DNA of 64,000 bases from Bacteroidota bacterium. Its GTDB lineage: Bacteria > Bacteroidota > Bacteroidia > Bacteroidales > FEN-979. The position numbers and the translations under genes were made by a program. Positions 49,255 to 56,739 of the stretch are shown here, piece after piece. The notes under the pieces are model-generated. The model searched no databases. It had not been told where the DNA came from and was given only the letters and a program-made list of their open reading frames with translations. How positions within the stretch are numbered: the stretch's first letter is position 1; each line of letters begins with the position of its first letter. The DNA is taken from NCBI GenBank assembly GCA_037128705.1, contig JBAXVX010000002.1:78361-142360 (forward strand), in the 5' to 3' direction.

Positions 49255-52200
49255 TCATTCAAAAATAAGGACAGAGGGGAATCTATCGGGGTAGGCCTGC
49301 CTGAGCAAGGCATAACCGATGCCCGAAATTCCCTGGAAGAAGCCAGGATTGATCATTCCTTCATCCGAACCGAATGACAGGTCGTAATGGCCGTTTTTTT
49401 CGGCGAAGTGAAGAACCTGGTTCGTTTTTTTACCTGCCTCCGTCATTAAAGCGCGATCCCCGGTCCTGGCGGCAAAGTACAAAAGTATGTCGGCAAGCCC
49501 CATGTTCCCGCAGCAGAGGTGATCCCTGAATCCCATGTTCATGGAGGATGCCCGTGTCGCCCGGATGGCATTCCGGATATCTGTCTCGACGGTTTGATTG
49601 TTAAAAATATGCCGGGAGGCCAGCCGGGCAAGACCAATCCCCGGGGCCCCATGGCACCAGCTCAGCATATAGGAGGTGCCTGTATTTGGCTTGTCTTTAT
49701 ACTCCCTGAGATCCTGCCAGTTATTCTTCTCCTGCGTAAACAGTGTATTCTCATACCGGATGGCCCGTTCGGCCGTGTCGCGGGAAGCAGCTGTTCCTGT
49801 GAATTCGAACAACTTCAAAAGAGCATAGGCGATGCCGGCCTGGCCGTGCGAAAACCCCGACAGCATTTTATTTCCCGCGAATTTCCATCCGCAGCTTCCA
49901 TCATTATTCTCTGTAAGGTTTTTCAGCAGGTGTTCGCCGCAAAGATCAGCCTTTTCCAGGGCTTCCTGATAGCCTGTAAGTTTGTACAGCGCCAGCATCC
50001 CCAAAATGCATCCGGCACTGCCTGAAATGATATCGAAGGTCTTGTCATCCTGTATCACCCGCGGCCCGACCATGTGACAAACCGATTTTGCATCTTCCAG
50101 GAATGAGGGGTCACCGAGAAATCCGGAAATTTTAATCAGCGTATAAATGGCCGAGGATATCCCGGAGGCAATTCCGATAAATCCGCCCGATCCGGTCATT
50201 CCATATTGCTTCATTTGGGCAAATCCCTGGCGAAGGGATTGGATGGTTGATTCATTTAACCTTCGCAGCGCCGGATCATCCTTTACCGACAAAAGCGCGG
50301 ATAAGAAAAGGGTGACACCCGGAAGCCCGTCATAAAGGTTAAAGGACATAGGCTGTAAACGGAACCGGTCTGTGCCGGGTATGATCCCTGAGGTGATCCA
50401 GGTACAACTGCCGTCCTTTGAAAAGATGGCTTCAGATTGCAGTTTTGCCGCAATTTCTGTTGCAGCCTTCATCAGCGTTTCCGCTGGTGCCGGTTGGATC
50501 GCCCGTGCTGTGATAACCTGTTTTTCTTCCCCTGTTTTGACCTGGTTGTGTTCTAAATCCCTGAAAAGCAGCGCAGCCCGGATGAATTTTACCTGTGTTT
50601 TAAGATCCTCTTCATTCATTTCCGAAACCGAATTTACAACCTGGTCATAGGCTGCTTTGATCATATAGTCAGGACAAACAATTCCATACGGATCCTTGAG
50701 ATCGGTCCTGCCTGATTCAGTCCAGAAAATAGGAAAATCCGTGTCTTCCATCTGCCTCATTTCCGATTTGTTCATGGACCAGAAACTGCCTGATTCCGGA
50801 TTGTGCAGGAATGCACGGCAAAGCATCTCTTTCTGCATGCTGCGCTCCAAACCTTTACGCATATAGTTCGGATTCATCAGGTTTTTGATGATCAACCCAT
50901 ATATCCGGGTCGCCCTGAAAATAAACCGCAGATCTTTTCCTTCAAACAGGCGGACGGGAATTTGAGTGCGATGTTTGACCAGCAACCGGTAAAGGGTGGT
51001 AAACCCCGAAACGATTTCTTCTGTATAGTTGACAGGGGGCTGTTTCCGACCTTGATAAACCGGGATATTCTGGTTTTCCTGGAAGACGATGGGCACGTAG
51101 GATATCCTCATGCTGTCGCTGTTGATATATTGCCACTCCATCCGCTGGTATGGAGATTCATCGTAATCATACCCTCCAATGCCACTGACATCGTAAACGA
51201 ATCCATCTTTACCGAGTATCCATGATGGTAAAAGGCCGGTGCGAAAAACAGAAAATTCAAATTGTGAATTGGCAAGAACATAGGCACTGTCTTCAAATTG
51301 GGTATCTATGTTTTTGCCTTCATGATGCATCACCGATTCAAGATCGATGAGCATAGGTTGTGACCCGGCAGCGATGAGGTTCTCCATGTGGCAATCATTC
51401 CCCCTCAGCGTGTAAATAATTCCGATGAGTGCACCAATACGCCTGTAATAATCCGTAATCTCCTGCCCTGATGTACAGTCTGAGGCCTCAATAAAGCCAA
51501 CCCATCCATATTCACCTTTACTGACAAGGTTGAGGGGTTTCATAGGAGGCGTCAGCCCTTTTTCGTTCAGCCAGTTTATGAAGGCTGACCATGCCACTTC
51601 CAGTGCGAGATTTTTTGGCTTGTAAATCAGTTTCAGCCCCGATTCAAATTTGATGGATATCACTCCCTGGCCATGGTTGTGCGAATCGGAGATCCCCCCC
51701 TGGTAACTTGTTAATTTTCCGGGTGCGGTATCCCTGACGAAATGGGTTGAAAGTTCAGCCATGTCATCCGACAGGTGGTGGATGAATGAAGCAGTGGTGC
51801 GTATCCAGTTGTCGATCAGTATGGTTATGATTTTGGCCAGGGCACTGTATTCAGCGAAGAAATCCTGCCAGCCGTTTTCAACAATCCGGCCAACAAATTG
51901 TTCATAAAAGTGAGTGCCCGGAACCTCAGCCGGAAGCGTCTCAGCCAGGATCCTGAACACCGAAGACTGACGGGTGCTTTTGAAGACCTCGAACTCCAGT
52001 TGAAAAGTCTTTGAAGTATAAAATTGCAACCTGCGCATCAGCAACAGGTTCATCATTTTTTCTGCCTCCCCCGAAAACAAATCCGTTTTCTTTTTCCCGA
52101 CATTCAAATCAAGTTTTTCAACAGCATAAAGAACCAGCGGGGTTAAAAGATGCTGGTAGGGAATTTTATCCGCATATTCCTCCCCGATGCACTGTTTCAT

Positions 52201-52539
52201 TTTCAAAGATAGATCCGTCGGATCATATGATTGAAGGAATCCGATCAGTTCCCTGAAGGTATTTATCCATGCCGGAAGCTGATCCTTATCCCTGAAAGAA
52301 ACCGTTCCGGCCAATTTCCCCAGGTCATCATCGGTAAGCCCGTCCATTTTCAGCCGGTTTTCGAACATCACGGGATCATCCGGGGCAACAATTTTTCTCC
52401 ATTCGGTTCGGAATTTTTCCACTTCCCCCTCTTTTGCCGGATGAAAAACAAACCGGTGCGGTTCATCGATTTTCTCTCGTAAGGTAATGGCCCTGGCGGC
52501 CACGTTGTGCCAGTAGGAATCAGGTAGTTCGGGCCTCAT
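49255..52539 (-). CDS. lanM: class II lanthipeptide synthetase LanM (dehydratase plus LanC-like cyclase), CCG zinc-site type
   Basis: Dehydratase-domain motifs DSHNHGQGVISIKFESGLKLIYKPKNL and NDCHMENLIAAGSQPMLIDLES. Cyclase motifs SGFSHGQAGIAYAL, SWCHGAPGIG and HLCCGNMG. Start taken at MRPELP (ATG 52539-52537), which forms an ATGA overlap with the upstream stop. The longest ORF extends to 52605. Confidence 0.9.
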   Translation of the reverse strand: MRPELPDSYWHNVAARAITLREKIDEPHRFVFHPAKEGEVEKFRTEWRKIVAPDDPVMFENRLKMDGLTDDDLGKLAGTVSFRDKDQLPAWINTFRELIGFLQSYDPTDLSLKMKQCIGEEYADKIPYQHLLTPLVLYAVEKLDLNVGKKKTDLFSGEAEKMMNLLLMRRLQFYTSKTFQLEFEVFKSTRQSSVFRILAETLPAEVPGTHFYEQFVGRIVENGWQDFFAEYSALAKIITILIDNWIRTTASFIHHLSDDMAELSTHFVRDTAPGKLTSYQGGISDSHNHGQGVISIKFESGLKLIYKPKNLALEVAWSAFINWLNEKGLTPPMKPLNLVSKGEYGWVGFIEASDCTSGQEITDYYRRIGALIGIIYTLRGNDCHMENLIAAGSQPMLIDLESVMHHEGKNIDTQFEDSAYVLANSQFEFSVFRTGLLPSWILGKDGFVYDVSGIGGYDYDESPYQRMEWQYINSDSMRISYVPIVFQENQNIPVYQGRKQPPVNYTEEIVSGFTTLYRLLVKHRTQIPVRLFEGKDLRFIFRATRIYGLIIKNLMNPNYMRKGLERSMQKEMLCRAFLHNPESGSFWSMNKSEMRQMEDTDFPIFWTESGRTDLKDPYGIVCPDYMIKAAYDQVVNSVSEMNEEDLKTQVKFIRAALLFRDLEHNQVKTGEEKQVITARAIQPAPAETLMKAATEIAAKLQSEAIFSKDGSCTWITSGIIPGTDRFRLQPMSFNLYDGLPGVTLFLSALLSVKDDPALRRLNESTIQSLRQGFAQMKQYGMTGSGGFIGIASGISSAIYTLIKISGFLGDPSFLEDAKSVCHMVGPRVIQDDKTFDIISGSAGCILGMLALYKLTGYQEALEKADLCGEHLLKNLTENNDGSCGWKFAGNKMLSGFSHGQAGIAYALLKLFEFTGTAASRDTAERAIRYENTLFTQEKNNWQDLREYKDKPNTGTSYMLSWCHGAPGIGLARLASRHIFNNQTVETDIRNAIRATRASSMNMGFRDHLCCGNMGLADILLYFAARTGDRALMTEAGKKTNQVLHFAEKNGHYDLSFGSDEGMINPGFFQGISGIGYALLRQAYPDRFPSVLIFE

Positions 52540-53600
52540 TTTGCAGATTCTTGACCGGTTGTTACTTTCTGTGGATTGATCATGGTTCCGAAATATCCCT
52601 TGCACTCCGGGGGCATTCCTGGCTTATATACCAGTTTAAGGTGATTGATACCGTTCATATAGTGAACCGGAACGAGGTACGAAACGGTTTTTTTACTGGT
52701 ATAGCTTGTCAGTCCCTCCCTCTTTTCCCGGAGCAGGAGATTTTCAGCCTCGAGAAAATCGAAAATTTCGTTCCATCTCGGGTCCCACCTGGGCTGGCTC
52801 AAATCCTTAAGATACATCTCTATTCCGAAAACGGGAAGCACTGTTTTCCCAATGTGAAGATTACAGGAAAAGTGATCAAATTTTAAAGCATAGTTTGTAA
52901 CCATTTTTTGGATCACATCCATCTCCCCGGGCCACCGGATATCCTTTAAATATTCAATGAATGAATCTTCCCTGAGCCTCGAAAGAATGAGTCGGACGGC
53001 TTCTGTTTTCCTGGGGATCATAAACCCTAAAATAGAAATAACCGCATGCTGCGGGAGTGCCTCAAAGCATCTTTTCAGGTTTCTGCCCAAACCGGCTGGA
53101 AATTTTATCCCAAAAAGGATCCGGTATATTTCATCCAGTACTTCAAGCACAAAAAGCCATTGGGATCTCCTGGGGGCTTCCTTTTCAATAATTTTGAAAA
53201 ATATGTTCGGGATTGGATTGAAGGCTGATTCCATGCAGTCGAATTCGAGCCAGAATGATTCAATCCGTTCATGGAGAAAAGAAGAAGCATCTGTCCAGGC
53301 TGAGAAAAGTTCTGAGATTTTTTGCCAGAAAGGGATGCTTAACAATGACGGGGATAACATGGATACCTTGCTTTTACCGGCAATTATGCCGGCTCCTTCA
53401 CCCTCTTTTCTGATCTGCAGGAAAAAATCGCAGGTGGCTTCCCGGTTTCCTAAACGCGTTTCGAAACCGAAGTCTGTTGCAGCGTCGAACGGGAACATGG
53501 AACAAAGTTCTTCGACCGCATGAAGATGCCCGGGAGCAAGCAAAGCGGGCGAAATCCCGGGTGTAATGGCTGAAAAGTGATCACGGAAAGAGTATTTCAT
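52536..53600 (-). CDS. uncharacterised 354-aa protein translationally coupled to lanM
   Basis: Its TGA stop (52538-52536) overlaps the lanM ATG. No signal peptide, TM helix or classic cofactor motif. Shows repeated short strand-like motifs (CDFFLQIR, SFWLEFD, VRLILSRL, FSCNLHIG, FGIEMYLK, LKLVYKPG). Confidence 0.7.
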   Translation of the reverse strand: MKYSFRDHFSAITPGISPALLAPGHLHAVEELCSMFPFDAATDFGFETRLGNREATCDFFLQIRKEGEGAGIIAGKSKVSMLSPSLLSIPFWQKISELFSAWTDASSFLHERIESFWLEFDCMESAFNPIPNIFFKIIEKEAPRRSQWLFVLEVLDEIYRILFGIKFPAGLGRNLKRCFEALPQHAVISILGFMIPRKTEAVRLILSRLREDSFIEYLKDIRWPGEMDVIQKMVTNYALKFDHFSCNLHIGKTVLPVFGIEMYLKDLSQPRWDPRWNEIFDFLEAENLLLREKREGLTSYTSKKTVSYLVPVHYMNGINHLKLVYKPGMPPECKGYFGTMINPQKVTTGQESAK

Positions 53601-53650
53601 CTGAATGATATTGTTTTACGTTATTGGCAAAGAATCCCGGGTTTATAATT

Positions 53651-53658
53651 CAAATGTA
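53651..53658 (-). promoter_or_regulatory. candidate Bacteroidota -7 promoter element (TAnnTTTG) for the 354-aa gene/lanM operon
   Basis: The minus strand reads TACATTTG, about 50 nt upstream of the ATG at 53600. I saw no clear -33 TTTG. Confidence 0.3.
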
Positions 53659-53670
53659 ACAACTAATTCC

Positions 53671-53678
53671 TAGTTTTG
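53671..53678 (+). promoter_or_regulatory. candidate Bacteroidota -7 promoter element (TAnnTTTG) for the export operon
   Basis: The plus strand reads TAGTTTTG, about 25 nt upstream of the ATG at 53703. Confidence 0.3.
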
Positions 53679-53702
53679 TATGAATTCTAATGCAACAAGG
53701 AA

Positions 53703-54509
53703 ATGCTTAGCCGCCAGATTTTCAGAAAAACCTCTCTTGAAAAAATGACCAACATGGATGACCTGGATGAATTGCTCCAGGTTAATTCAATAAAGACATG
53801 GTTATTGTTTTCAGGTATTTGTGCAGTTCTGGCAGGGATGCTTGCCTGGGGATTCCTTGGTACGATCTCTCATAATGTCCAGGGATTCGGCATCATAAAA
53901 ACGCAGGCCCCCTGGAGGGAAGTTCTGGCAGACCGTTCGGGGCAGATTGACTCCATCTTTTGCAATACAGGCGACAGGATTGCGACGGGACAGAAGATGG
54001 CCACGATCTTCGAACTGGAAAATAAGACCTATGTGCCGATCAATTCCCTGGTCCCCGGCCAGGTGGTGGCCATCAATGTAAGGGAGGGAACCTATGTAAC
54101 CAAGGGAACTTCTTTGTTTGAATTAATGCTGGCTGACAAGCAAACGAAGAAACAACCCGAGGTGATTTTCTTCATCGTTGAAAGGGAGGTATCAAAGCTG
54201 AAAAAGGGAATGTTCTGCAACCTCCAGGTTGACAAGCAGGGAGTCCCGCCTGAACTATTAAATGCAGTCATCACTTTCATCTCCGATTATTCGGTTTCGA
54301 AAAATACCATCTCAAAGTATTTCCCGGGTGGGGATATGTCGGATGATATTGGCGACAAGGATTTCTATGAAGTAAGGGCATTTCTGAAGGTTGATCCTGA
54401 TGGGTCGCCGAACCTGGCAAACTTTGACCTCAGTAAATTAAACTGGCTGACCTGCAGGGTAAACATCACCGTTGAACGAAAAAGTCCCATCGCCTTCCTT
54501 TTCAAATAA
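53703..54509 (+). CDS. NHLP/NHLM-type bacteriocin secretion adaptor (HlyD-like), short form without alpha-hairpin
   Basis: The N-terminus FRKTSLEKMTNMDDLDELLQVNSIKTWLLFSGICAVLAGMLAWGF matches the characteristic start of this family. The two half-lipoyl motifs are separated by only about 10 residues. Confidence 0.7.
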   Translation: MLSRQIFRKTSLEKMTNMDDLDELLQVNSIKTWLLFSGICAVLAGMLAWGFLGTISHNVQGFGIIKTQAPWREVLADRSGQIDSIFCNTGDRIATGQKMATIFELENKTYVPINSLVPGQVVAINVREGTYVTKGTSLFELMLADKQTKKQPEVIFFIVEREVSKLKKGMFCNLQVDKQGVPPELLNAVITFISDYSVSKNTISKYFPGGDMSDDIGDKDFYEVRAFLKVDPDGSPNLANFDLSKLNWLTCRVNITVERKSPIAFLFK

Positions 54510-54533
54510 TCCTGCCTATCTTCCCACCAGCCG

Positions 54534-56732
54534 ATGAATCTGAATCCCATCAACCTCCTCCGCACTGTGTATCACCGTCTGACCGGAACCAGGCGGGTTA
54601 AAACCCCGACGGTTTTGCAGATGGAAGCGCTTGAATGCGGAGCTGCATCGCTGGGCATTGTGCTGGCCTATTATGGTAAATATGTACCACTGGAAAAACT
54701 GCGGGTCGATTGCGGCGTATCACGCAACGGGAGCACTGCCGGCAACCTGACTAAAGCTGCACGGAGCTATGGCCTCGAGGTGAAGGCCTATAAAAAGGAA
54801 CCTGAGAAACTCAGGGAGTTGCGCGCCCCGATGATCGTTTTCTGGAACTTTTACCATTTCCTGGTTGTTGAAGGCTTCGGGAAAAATAAAGTGTACCTCA
54901 ATGATCCCGCCTCTGGTCCGCGCGTGGTGGATGACAAAACCTTTGATCACTCTTTCACCGGGGTGGTGATGACCTTCGAACCCGGACCCGGTTTTCAGCC
55001 CGGTGGTGTAAAACCCAGGTTCCTTCCCACCCTGAAGAAATGGCTGAAAGGTTATTACTACAGCCTGCTTTTCCTTTTCCTGGTCGGACTGGCCCTGATC
55101 ATTCCCGGGTTGGCGATCCCGATCTTTTCCAAAATCTTTGTAGACCAGATCCTGATCAAAAACTCAGAATCGTGGATCATCCCCCTTCTGGTTGGACTTA
55201 CGCTTACAACCCTGCTGCGTGCAATGTTATCGTGGATACAGCAGCACAGCCTGATCCGGTTTGAGATTAGCATTTCGCTGAAGAACGCTTCAAAGTTCTT
55301 CTGGCATCTGCTTCATCTGCCCATGTCATTTCATACCCAGCGTCCGGCGGGCGATATCACCATGCGTATTGGGATCAATGACCAGGTTGCGGGGTTGCTT
55401 TCAGGCCAGCTTGGAAACACCCTGCTCAATCTCTTCATGATCGTATTTTATGCGATGCTGATGTTTTATTACAGCATTCCGCTTGCACTGATTGCCATCG
55501 CCATATCCTTGCTGAATATCCTGGCCCTGCGGTTCATTTCGCGTAAACGGGTCGATTCAAATCAAAAGCTGCTACAGGATAACGGTAAAATGTACGGCCT
55601 TTCATCGGCCGGCCTGCAGATGATAGAATCAATCAAGGCCAATGCCTCTGAATCAGATTTTTTTGCCAAATGGGCCGGGTACCAGACCAAACTGCTGAAC
55701 ATGCAGCAAAAACTGGGCATACTCACCCAAACCCTGCAGGTAATCCCCGTATTTCTTACCATGATGAGTACCCTGATCATCCTGGTCATGGGATCAGGAT
55801 TTATCATCGACGGGGTGATGACCGTTGGAACCTTTGTTGCATTCCAGTCGGTAATGGCAAGTTTCAACCAGCCGATTGTCTCCCTGGTAAACCTTGGAAG
55901 CTCACTGCAGGATGTCCAGGGCGGGCTGAAAAGGATCGATGATGTATACAATTATCCTGCTGCCGGTACGAATATATCGGCTGGAGAAACAGCAGCCGTC
56001 AATAAAATGGTGAAGCTCCAGGGATATATTGAGCTGAAAAATATCACCTTTGGATACAGCCCGCTGGAATCGCCCCTGATCACCAATTTTTCGCTCAGCC
56101 TGAAACCGGGGTCCCGGGTAGCCATAGTGGGCAGGACCGGCTGTGGAAAATCAACCCTGGCCAACCTGGTCAGTGGTCTGTACGATCCGTGGGAAGGTGA
56201 GATCCTGCTGGATGGCAAACGCAGGGCTGATATCCCCCAGGCTACCCTGAGTAATTCCATATCCATGGTCGATCAGAACCTTTTCCTGTTCGAAGGCAGC
56301 GTAAAAGATAATATCTCCTTCTGGGATCAGACCATCGCAAACAAGGATATCATCCAGGCAGCCAAAGAGGCCTGCATCCATGATGACATCGCCGCGCGAC
56401 CGGCTGCCTATGAGAGTCATGTTGAAGAGAATGGAAAAAATTTCAGCGGGGGCCAGCGGCAGCGCATTGAAATAGCAAGAGCGCTGGCAGCCAAGCCATC
56501 CATTCTTATTCTCGATGAAGCTACCAGCGCCCTGGATGCACAAACAGAGCAGGCGATCGATATCAACATCCGGAAAAAAGGCTGTACCTGCCTCATCATT
56601 GCGCACCGGTTAAGTACCATCCGCGATTGCGATGAAATCATCGTGATGAGTCTTGGACGGATCGTTCAGCGCGGGACCCATGAGGAATTAATGAGAAAAA
56701 TAGGATTATACCAGGACCTGATAAAAGAATGA
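54534..56732 (+). CDS. bacteriocin/lanthipeptide export ABC transporter with an N-terminal C39 peptidase domain (LanT/NHLM ABC1-like)
   Basis: C39 motifs LQMEALECGAASL (catalytic Cys), NFYHFLVVEG (His) and LNDPA. Six-TM domain. Walker A GRTGCGKST, signature FSGGQRQR and Walker B ILILDEATSALD. Confidence 0.9.
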   Translation: MNLNPINLLRTVYHRLTGTRRVKTPTVLQMEALECGAASLGIVLAYYGKYVPLEKLRVDCGVSRNGSTAGNLTKAARSYGLEVKAYKKEPEKLRELRAPMIVFWNFYHFLVVEGFGKNKVYLNDPASGPRVVDDKTFDHSFTGVVMTFEPGPGFQPGGVKPRFLPTLKKWLKGYYYSLLFLFLVGLALIIPGLAIPIFSKIFVDQILIKNSESWIIPLLVGLTLTTLLRAMLSWIQQHSLIRFEISISLKNASKFFWHLLHLPMSFHTQRPAGDITMRIGINDQVAGLLSGQLGNTLLNLFMIVFYAMLMFYYSIPLALIAIAISLLNILALRFISRKRVDSNQKLLQDNGKMYGLSSAGLQMIESIKANASESDFFAKWAGYQTKLLNMQQKLGILTQTLQVIPVFLTMMSTLIILVMGSGFIIDGVMTVGTFVAFQSVMASFNQPIVSLVNLGSSLQDVQGGLKRIDDVYNYPAAGTNISAGETAAVNKMVKLQGYIELKNITFGYSPLESPLITNFSLSLKPGSRVAIVGRTGCGKSTLANLVSGLYDPWEGEILLDGKRRADIPQATLSNSISMVDQNLFLFEGSVKDNISFWDQTIANKDIIQAAKEACIHDDIAARPAAYESHVEENGKNFSGGQRQRIEIARALAAKPSILILDEATSALDAQTEQAIDINIRKKGCTCLIIAHRLSTIRDCDEIIVMSLGRIVQRGTHEELMRKIGLYQDLIKE

Positions 56733-56739
56733 TCAAACC

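Noticed and set aside
49003-49377. A 124-aa plus-strand ORF bridging the end of the 48155 gene and the 3' end of lanM
   Set aside because: It is an alternative frame of one gene and antisense to the other, and it crosses a convergent gene junction. No motif supports it.
52551-53523. Plus-strand ORFs of 111 and 188 aa inside the 354-aa gene, considered as possible hidden precursor or alternative genes
   Set aside because: They are Ser/low-complexity-rich with no GG-type leader or Cys-rich core. The minus-strand ORF is continuous and ends in the ATGA coupling with lanM, which supports the minus-strand reading.
53601-53702. Tiny ORFs in the lanM/exporter intergenic gap (for example MILFYVIGKESRVYNSNVTTNS and MNSNATRKCLAARFSEKPLLKK)
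   Set aside because: Each is about 22 aa with no leader-like sequence or GG motif, and the second overlaps the adaptor start. They are more likely promoter/UTR sequence.
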